From positions 1-43,252 of the forward strand of contig JAZDPL010000068.1 in assembly GCA_043797665.1 (NCBI GenBank): a stretch of DNA of 43,252 bases, given 5' to 3'. The DNA is from Candidatus Omnitrophota bacterium (GTDB taxonomy: Bacteria; Ratteibacteria; UBA8468; MWAK01). Of the stretch, positions 36,967 to 43,252 are shown one piece after another. Each line of letters opens with the position of its first letter. Within the stretch, counting starts at the first letter, position 1. The notes below the pieces were generated by a model. That model worked only from the letters and a program-made list of their open reading frames with translations. It was not told where the DNA came from and made no database searches. The position numbers and the translations under genes are program-made.

Positions 36967-37809
36967 ATGTTAAAAGGACAGCTTAAACTACAGAAACTTA
37001 TGGATGTAGGAACGTCAAATCCGATTGTGGCTGGTTTGACTATCGGATTGCATAATATTGTTGAAATGGCCCAGATTGACCATGATGCGAAAAATACGAT
37101 CAATACCGCTAATTTGAACATAGCGCAGAGTCTAACTAAAGCCGAGAAAATAGGGCTTCAGGTTTGCAAAAATATTGAAGCCGTTATGAAGGATTTAAAT
37201 GAGACCGGGGTGCAGACTCAGTCTTCTGGGTGTTGTGTAAATTTACCGTCGACTGATGGGTTAGATGATGTTCGAGAAGTCTTGAAATACGGCAAGCAGG
37301 CGCTTCAAGAATTGGTGAAGATTATTAATTTATTCTGTGATACGGGTTGCACTAATCCAAATTATAAAAAGATATGCGACAAGTTGGGGGCGGTTTACGG
37401 AGAATCTGACTCGGTGTTTTTGCAAGTTAAACAAGATCATGATGGATGGTTGAAGAAATTTTTAGATTTACGGGATGCGGATGAACATCCAAATTGTATC
37501 CCAAAAGGTAAAAAGCTTTATTATGACTTCGATATTACTTGGTCAGAACCTCATCAAAAATGGGTTGTTGATGCTCCTCATTTTTATGAAGGCACATTTG
37601 TTTACGAAATGATTAAAACTTCAATTCACAATATTTTTACTTTTGCTGAAGAGATAAACATATTATTTTTACAAAAGCATATGCTTGAAATGGTTCAGAT
37701 TTGTAAAGTACCGGAAGGTCAGCAGGCGGGGTGGGGTGGACGAAGATTTGTGATACAACCTAAGCCGCCTTTTTATCCCAAAGATACAAAACCTGAGGGG
37801 AAAATATGA
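36967..37809 (+). CDS. Hypothetical protein with HEPN-like RxxxxH motif inserted between hsdS and hsdR
   Basis: 280 aa, helical-looking, with WLKKFLDLRDADEHP. Starts 2 nt after hsdS and overlaps the hsdR start by 4 nt. Confidence 0.65.
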   Translation: MLKGQLKLQKLMDVGTSNPIVAGLTIGLHNIVEMAQIDHDAKNTINTANLNIAQSLTKAEKIGLQVCKNIEAVMKDLNETGVQTQSSGCCVNLPSTDGLDDVREVLKYGKQALQELVKIINLFCDTGCTNPNYKKICDKLGAVYGESDSVFLQVKQDHDGWLKKFLDLRDADEHPNCIPKGKKLYYDFDITWSEPHQKWVVDAPHFYEGTFVYEMIKTSIHNIFTFAEEINILFLQKHMLEMVQICKVPEGQQAGWGGRRFVIQPKPPFYPKDTKPEGKI

Positions 37810-40775
37810 CTTTTAACGAACAAAATACTATTGAGCAGTATGTGATCTCAAAACTTACCGGCCAAAAATTAGGTGGTACGGGTGACAGCGCACGTCCAGA
37901 GTACGCTCAAACTGTTCAGTGGAAATATGTGTCGGCAGACGAGCTTGGTCGTGATGAAGGCGAAGTTATCATTGAGAGTATGCTCAAAGACGCGCTTATT
38001 CGTATTAATCCTGAAATACGCGCTCTGCCTGAACGCGCGGATGAGGTCATTTATAAGCTCCGCGCGATTCTTTTGTCAGTTAATGAAATCGGACTTGTAC
38101 GAGCGAATGAGGAGTTTACAAAATGGCTCCAAGGTGAGAAAACGATGCCCTTTGGCGAAAACAATCAGCACGTTTCGGTGAGGCTTATTGATTTCGAAAA
38201 GCTATCCAACAATAGTTTTATCGCGACAAATCAATACAAGATTGTCCGCGGTGCCACCAAAATTCCGGATATGGTTTTACTTATTAATGGTATTCCGGTG
38301 GTCATCGGGGAATTTAAGACACCAGTGCGGCCGTCTATCTCTTGGCTGGATGGCGCGGTGCAGATTCACGACGACTATGAAAATACTATTCCAGAGCTTT
38401 TCGTACCGAACATCTTTTCTTTTGCTTCAGAAGGGAAAACATTCCGTTATGGCTCCATCCGTATGCCGCTTGAAATATGGGGCCCTTGGCGTGATGAGAC
38501 AAAGAATGACACGGCAATAGAAGAACTTCTTGGTTTCAAAGAGGTAGAGGTGGCGATTGAATCAATGCTTAAGCCGTCTGTGATCTTGGATATGCTGCAG
38601 TATTTTACAATATTTGCGACAGATAGAAGGAATCAACGGATAAAGATCATTGCTCGCTATCAGCAGTATGAGGGCGCGAATTTAATTGTTCAACGTGTCA
38701 AAGAAGGTGTGGTTAAGAAAGGGCTTGTTTGGCATTTTCAAGGATCGGGAAAGTCGCTTTTGATGGTCTTTGCCGCGCAAAAGATGCGCCAGATGCTTGA
38801 ACTTAAGGGTCCGACCGTATTAATTGTTGTTGATCGCGTTGATCTTGACACTCAAATTACCGCTACTTTTAATGCATGCGATGTGCCCAATATCGTGGCA
38901 ACCGATAGCCGGGAAGAATTACAACGTCTTTTAAAGCAGGACACGCGCAAAATTATTATTACTACCATGCATAAATTTGCGGAGGCGGACGGTCTTCTCA
39001 ACGACAGGAAAAACATCATTGCCTTGGTTGATGAGGCACACCGAACTCAAGAAGGCGATTTAGGACGTAAGATGCGCAATGCATTACCGAATGCCTTTTT
39101 CTTTGGTCTTACCGGTACGCCAATCAATAAACGGGATAGAAATACGTTTAGAACTTTTAGCGCGGAAGGAGACTTGTCCGGATATCTATCCAGATATTCA
39201 TTTGAAGAATCTTTGCGAGATAAAGCAACGCTCCCGCTTCATTTTGAACCTCGGCTTCTGGATATTCACGTTGATAAAGAGCTGATAGATGCGGAATTCG
39301 CTCAAATGACGGAAACGTTATCTGAGGAGCAAAAAGCATTGCTTGTGCAGAAAGCAGCTCAAATGTCTGTGTTTCTGAAATCACCGGATAGGGTGCGGAA
39401 AATTGTCGAGGACATTGTTCAGCATTTTCATGAGAAGATTGAGCCGCAGGGATTTAAAGCGCAGATTGTATGCCCGGATCGATTCGCCTGCGAACAGTAT
39501 AAGCAAGAATTAGACAAGTTTATTTCGCCTGAGGAGAGTGTGGTCGTAATATCAACTAATCATTCTGATGATGAGGCTTTCAAAAAGAAGTATCGAATGG
39601 ATCGCGATGAACAGGAGAAGATTTTAGACAGGTTCCGCGATCCAATGGATCCGCTTAAATTTGTAATCGTAACAGCAAAGCTTTTAACAGGGTTTGATGC
39701 GCCAATATTGCAGGTTATGTATTTGGATAAGGCAATGAAGGATCACAATCTTTTACAGGCAATTTGTCGCACGAACCGTGTCTATAAAGATAAAACGCAT
39801 GGATTGATTGTAGATTATTACGGTGTTTTTGATAATGTGGCCCAGGCTTTAGAATTTGATGAGGCTTCAGTACGACAAGTGATTACGAACATAGGTACAC
39901 TTAAAGAAAAATTGAAGCAAGCAATGGCCGAGTGTCTTGAACATTTCCCGAGCGTAGATAGAAGCATTGAAGGATACGAGGGGCTTTTGCTTGCTCAAGA
40001 ATGTGTGAATACAAATACAAAGCGGGATGCTTTTGCAAATGATTATAGCTATCTGTCGTTATTATGGGAGGCATTATCACCGGATGCTATTCTTAATGTT
40101 TACGAGAATGATTATCGTTGGCTGACGAAGGTCTATGAATCTGTTAAGCCGCCATCCAGCGATACCGGCCGTCTTCTATGGCATGCTTTAGGCGCTCAAA
40201 CCATGAAGCTAATTCATGAGCATATCCATGTTGAGAAGATTAGCGATGATTTAGAGAAGATTATCCTCGATGCTGATGTTGTCGAGGATTTAATGAAAAC
40301 AAATGACGCCAAGAAGACAAAACTGATTGAGATTGAAATTATTAACCGTCTGCGAAAACACAAAGGTAACCCTAAATTCGAAGAACTTGGCCAGCGGCTC
40401 GAAGAGTTACGTGATAAGGTAGAGAGAGGACTTATTAATAGTGTGGATTTTCTTAAGCACTTGATTCAGTTGGCCAAAGAAGTCGTTCAGACTGAGAAAG
40501 AAGAAGAAACGCAAGAAGAGCGAAGGGGGGCCAAGTCAGCTCTTACCGAGCTATTCTTGGAAGTGCGCACGGACCAGACGCCTGCTATCGTAGAGCGTAT
40601 CGTCAACGACATAGATGAAATAGTTAAGGTGGTACGTTTTCCGGGGTGGCAATCTACCGCCGCCGGTGAACGTGAAGTCAAAAAAGCCCTGCGTAGAACG
40701 CTCCTTAAATATAACTTACACACCGACCAAGACCTATTCGACCGGGCGTATGGATATATTAGGGAGTATTATTGA
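37806..40775 (+). CDS. hsdR: Type I restriction enzyme R subunit
   Basis: Nuclease motif PD..LLINGIPVVIGEFK; helicase motifs WHFQGSGKS, VDEAHRTQ, GLTGTP, LLTGFDAP, QAICRTNR. Confidence 0.95.
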   Translation: MTFNEQNTIEQYVISKLTGQKLGGTGDSARPEYAQTVQWKYVSADELGRDEGEVIIESMLKDALIRINPEIRALPERADEVIYKLRAILLSVNEIGLVRANEEFTKWLQGEKTMPFGENNQHVSVRLIDFEKLSNNSFIATNQYKIVRGATKIPDMVLLINGIPVVIGEFKTPVRPSISWLDGAVQIHDDYENTIPELFVPNIFSFASEGKTFRYGSIRMPLEIWGPWRDETKNDTAIEELLGFKEVEVAIESMLKPSVILDMLQYFTIFATDRRNQRIKIIARYQQYEGANLIVQRVKEGVVKKGLVWHFQGSGKSLLMVFAAQKMRQMLELKGPTVLIVVDRVDLDTQITATFNACDVPNIVATDSREELQRLLKQDTRKIIITTMHKFAEADGLLNDRKNIIALVDEAHRTQEGDLGRKMRNALPNAFFFGLTGTPINKRDRNTFRTFSAEGDLSGYLSRYSFEESLRDKATLPLHFEPRLLDIHVDKELIDAEFAQMTETLSEEQKALLVQKAAQMSVFLKSPDRVRKIVEDIVQHFHEKIEPQGFKAQIVCPDRFACEQYKQELDKFISPEESVVVISTNHSDDEAFKKKYRMDRDEQEKILDRFRDPMDPLKFVIVTAKLLTGFDAPILQVMYLDKAMKDHNLLQAICRTNRVYKDKTHGLIVDYYGVFDNVAQALEFDEASVRQVITNIGTLKEKLKQAMAECLEHFPSVDRSIEGYEGLLLAQECVNTNTKRDAFANDYSYLSLLWEALSPDAILNVYENDYRWLTKVYESVKPPSSDTGRLLWHALGAQTMKLIHEHIHVEKISDDLEKIILDADVVEDLMKTNDAKKTKLIEIEIINRLRKHKGNPKFEELGQRLEELRDKVERGLINSVDFLKHLIQLAKEVVQTEKEEETQEERRGAKSALTELFLEVRTDQTPAIVERIVNDIDEIVKVVRFPGWQSTAAGEREVKKALRRTLLKYNLHTDQDLFDRAYGYIREYY

Positions 40776-40790
40776 TGGTAATAATTGAAT

Positions 40791-41375
40791 ATGAAAAATA
40801 ATGTGGACAAACAGGTAAAGAGACAGCAGGTAAGAGATAATTTAATATCTGTTTTTAATTCATCTATTGACGTACGTGTCAATAGATATCTGGATATTGG
40901 GCATCAGTGGATTATCGGAAATCATCATTTTGCAAAAGCGTCCTCTGAATGTATCAACGTTTATCGTGATGGCCATTTTATTGCTGCTGTAATGATGAGC
41001 CATAGCATCAACGAAGGTATTATTATGTTTGTGGCAAGGCGGGTTAAGTTGCCCAAACATAAAAGCGATGGTAATACAAAATCAATAAAAGAATTGATCA
41101 GCGAATTAGAACAACAGAAAACGATGTCAAAAGCGTGCATAGATGCCTCGCGGGGAATATACGGAAGCTATAGAAGTGATATTCATCACATGAATCCAAA
41201 AGTGGGCAGTATCGATTTTTGTTCATTAGCGCGAGAAAATCTTAAACGATTAGCGATAATCGAAGGAGAAATTTTTGGAGCGAATATAATTGAAGGTAAA
41301 TTAAAGCCTTATCATCCAGTTTATTGGGATTTGAACGCAGACGGTACGGTTTCCGCATTTTTGCGTTTAGAGTGA
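40791..41375 (+). CDS. Hypothetical protein, HEPN/DUF4145-like
   Basis: ECINVYRDGHFIAAVMMSHSINEG helix, I..LI..L, and YRSDIHH (RxxxxH). Start is either TTG 40785 or ATG 40791. Confidence 0.65.
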   Translation: MKNNVDKQVKRQQVRDNLISVFNSSIDVRVNRYLDIGHQWIIGNHHFAKASSECINVYRDGHFIAAVMMSHSINEGIIMFVARRVKLPKHKSDGNTKSIKELISELEQQKTMSKACIDASRGIYGSYRSDIHHMNPKVGSIDFCSLARENLKRLAIIEGEIFGANIIEGKLKPYHPVYWDLNADGTVSAFLRLE

Positions 41376-41665
41376 TAAATATTAAGATTGTTACATCAAA
41401 AAAGATACGCACCTGAGCTGAGCTGGAAAATTGTCTGCTATGGCGTTGTATGCGCTCAGAATACAGGTGTTTACTCGTTATCCCTACTTGTAGAGAGTAA
41501 AAACATTAATTATGCCCAGTCGTAATAGATATAACACCCTACCGAGAACAGGTCAAAGGGGGTATTTCAGGAGGGTTATCTCGTAAAAGCCATCTTGTTA
41601 TGCTTATTTTTCTTTCAAATCCCTTGGTAGTAAATGGTTTTCAGCAAAAACAGAGGCGTGAAAAA

Positions 41666-41683
41666 GTGTGACAGGTGTGTGAC
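41666..41683 (+). repeat. Putative integrase arm-type site, right
   Basis: Identical to 24574-24591, about 130 bp inside the right core. Confidence 0.75.
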
Positions 41684-41711
41684 AGAAACCGTTGAAAATG
41701 AGGGAAGTGAC

Positions 41712-41742
41712 GAGATTCTTCGGCTTACGCCTCAGAATGACA
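41712..41742. repeat. REP-like half element (GAGATTCTTCG...CTCAGAATGACA)
   Basis: Imperfect palindrome ATTCT...AGAAT that resembles the widespread GTCATTCTGAG/GAAGAATCTC repeat family. Confidence 0.5.
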
Positions 41743-41813
41743 TGTTCGTTGATACGCAATGGATTTCCGGGGATTAGCTCAAGAAAAAACCTCTGATTAA
41801 AATTGAATTTTAA

Positions 41814-41857
41814 GGATTAGCAATCCGCCGCACTAAACCGGGCTATGCGACCTCTCC
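41814..41857 (-). pseudogene. tRNA-Ser(GCT) 5' fragment, right att core
   Basis: Minus strand reads GGAGAGGTCGCATAGCCCGGTTTAGTGCGGCGGATTGCTAATCC, then diverges within the anticodon stem. Confidence 0.85.
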
Positions 41858-41902
41858 AGTTCTACAGCGACTTTTATATATTATACCGCAAAAATCGTAA
41901 TA

Positions 41903-41949
41903 TTGACAGTTCTGTGGTTCAAATGTTACTATAGTAATACTAAGTAATA
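41903..41949 (+). promoter_or_regulatory. Sigma70 promoter and probable RHH operator of the TA operon
   Basis: TTGACA-18 nt-TACTAT. The palindrome TTACTATAGTAA (41926-41937) and repeated AGTAATA overlap the -10. AAGGAGG RBS follows. Confidence 0.7.
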
Positions 41950-41963
41950 ACAAGGAGGAATCT

Positions 41964-42200
41964 ATGGGACGAACGACACAGGTAATCAGTATTTCCGTAC
42001 CACCGGAAATGACCGGCCAGATTGACCGGTTGGCTAAAGATGAGAGCCGAACGAGAAGCGAGTTGCTCCGGGAGGCTTTAAGGCGGTATCTGGAAGAACA
42101 GACCTGGAGAAAAATTTTTAACTACGGAAGGATGAAAGCCGGAAGTCTGGGGATTACCAGTAAAGAAACAGAAGAAATTGTTGATGAATACCGCCGGTAA
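41964..42200 (+). CDS. Ribbon-helix-helix (CopG-family) antitoxin
   Basis: VISISVPPEM...IDRLAK.E.RTRSELLREALRRYL; overlaps the PIN gene. Confidence 0.88.
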   Translation: MGRTTQVISISVPPEMTGQIDRLAKDESRTRSELLREALRRYLEEQTWRKIFNYGRMKAGSLGITSKETEEIVDEYRR

Positions 42201-42603
42201 AAAAATAAAGGTGGTTCTGGATACCAATGTTCTGATTTCCAGCCTCCACTTTGAAGGTAATGAAAACCGGATTTCAGTATTGTTTTATCGGGGCATTATA
42301 GAGGTGTGTCTATCGCCTTTTATTCTCAGGGAGCTGGAAATAGTACTGGAGAAGAAGTTCTGCTGGGAGAAAAAGCAAGTCAGGATTCTGTTAGACAAAA
42401 TCAACGATATCGCCATCATCGTCCATCCAAAACACAAGATTTCTGAAATTAAAACCAAAGAGGCTGATAACCGAATTCTGGAATGTGCCGTGGAAGCGAA
42501 TGCAGATTATATTGTTACCGGAGATGCCAGGCACTTACAATCACTGAAAGAATTTCAAGGAATTCGGATTTTGTCACCGGCACAGTTTTTGGCTATCTTT
42601 TAA
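42184..42603 (+). CDS. PIN-domain toxin (VapC-like)
   Basis: Motifs: VVLDTNVLIS, S..ILREL, ADNRILECAVEANADYIVTGD..HL, I.ILSPAQFL. Start is either TTG 42178 or ATG 42184. Confidence 0.9.
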   Translation: MNTAGKKIKVVLDTNVLISSLHFEGNENRISVLFYRGIIEVCLSPFILRELEIVLEKKFCWEKKQVRILLDKINDIAIIVHPKHKISEIKTKEADNRILECAVEANADYIVTGDARHLQSLKEFQGIRILSPAQFLAIF

Positions 42604-42737
42604 CCCGGAATTGATTGCCAAAGTCGGAGTAGTAAATAATGGTAAATCAAAATCCAGAACAAATACAGACAATAAAATATCAGCTTCAAAAGCTTGATAT
42701 TGAATAATATAGATTGCAGAAAAGGATAGGGGTTACA

Positions 42738-43232
42738 ATGAAGAAAGGAAGGATTAAATCAGGGGAGGGGGTACTGATAGGGAACGCTGGAGAATATTAC
42801 GTAATGGGGGAGTTATTAAAAAGAGGAGTAATTGCAGCGCTTGCTCCCCGAAACGCACCTTCTTTTGATATTCTCGCGACGAATAAAAAGAATCGTGCGA
42901 TAAACATTAGAGTAAAAACTAAATCTGGTGAACTTCCAATCTGGCAATATTCCATAAAAAAAGACGGGGAAATATTTCATAATCTTTCGAGGGAAAATGA
43001 TTTTACTGTTCTTGTAGATCTGGGAAGAAACACCAGAGAAATGAAATTTTATGTGGTACCGACACATGTGATAGATGTGTGGTTGCGGAAAGATTTCGAG
43101 ATATGGCGTGACACTCCCGGCAAGAATGGCCATCTTCGCAGTCGCACCATGATAAAGAGGATATTGAGTGAGAAAATACACGCCCAGGAGTTACGCAAGC
43201 ATCTTGATGGCTGGGATGATTTATGGCGTTGA
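42738..43232 (+). CDS. Small PD-(D/E)XK-fold nuclease-like protein
   Basis: GNAGEYYVMGELLKRG...FDILA......IRVKTK fits the G..GE / D / xVK restriction-endonuclease-like pattern. Start is either TTG 42714 or ATG 42738. Confidence 0.7.
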   Translation: MKKGRIKSGEGVLIGNAGEYYVMGELLKRGVIAALAPRNAPSFDILATNKKNRAINIRVKTKSGELPIWQYSIKKDGEIFHNLSRENDFTVLVDLGRNTREMKFYVVPTHVIDVWLRKDFEIWRDTPGKNGHLRSRTMIKRILSEKIHAQELRKHLDGWDDLWR

Positions 43233-43252
43233 TTTTTCTTATTTTAGAAAAC

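Larger units (their letters stand above)
24456..41862. mobile_element. 17.4 kb defence island integrated at the 5' half of tRNA-Ser(GCT), integrase decayed
   Basis: 49-bp direct repeats at 24456-24504 and 41814-41862 (48/49 identical). Identical 18-mers lie inside both ends. Also an integrase remnant, an excisionase-like gene, defence cargo and lower GC than the left half of the window. Confidence 0.88.

Noticed and set aside
41771..41778. GGATTAGC partial copy of the att core
   Set aside because: An 8-bp match is too short to distinguish from chance.
1..43252. Complete DGR, retron or intact transposase/integrase in the window
   Set aside because: No reverse transcriptase, AAC-rich template repeat, transposase or full-length recombinase ORF was recognised. 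The template search was by eye only.

Overview
Bacterial accessory region that looks like a stack of integrated segments. Left: the 3' part of a type I restriction subunit gene (hsdR, cut by the window edge), convergent with a GC-rich 8.8 kb cyclic beta-1,2-glucan synthase gene. Middle (11.4-24.4 kb, all minus strand): a carbohydrate-degradation cluster (GH172/DUF2961, GH116, an unknown protein, an FGE-sulfatase-domain protein, a DUF5060/GH5-like protein, a GH106-like protein) and a GAF/HD-GYP gene. The cluster is bracketed by a 23-bp G-rich direct repeat. Right: a 17.4 kb defence island (24456-41862) bounded by 49-bp direct repeats that are the 5' half of tRNA-Ser(GCT). It has matching internal arm-type sites and only a decayed tyrosine integrase. 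Its cargo is a Schlafen/AlbA-ATPase, an excisionase-like HTH, an AT-rich three-gene module (m4C-type methyltransferase, MORC/GHKL-histidine kinase fusion, receiver-domain protein, with no recognisable nuclease), and a radC-hsdM1-hsdM2-hsdS-X-hsdR-Y operon. The two HsdM subunits carry NPPF and NPPY motifs, and X and Y both have HEPN-like RxxxxH motifs. A RHH-PIN toxin-antitoxin pair and a PD-(D/E)XK-like gene follow. The FGE-domain gene ends in what looks like a DGR-diversified variable region, with no template or reverse transcriptase seen in the window. All family calls come from motif recognition by eye; no searches were run.
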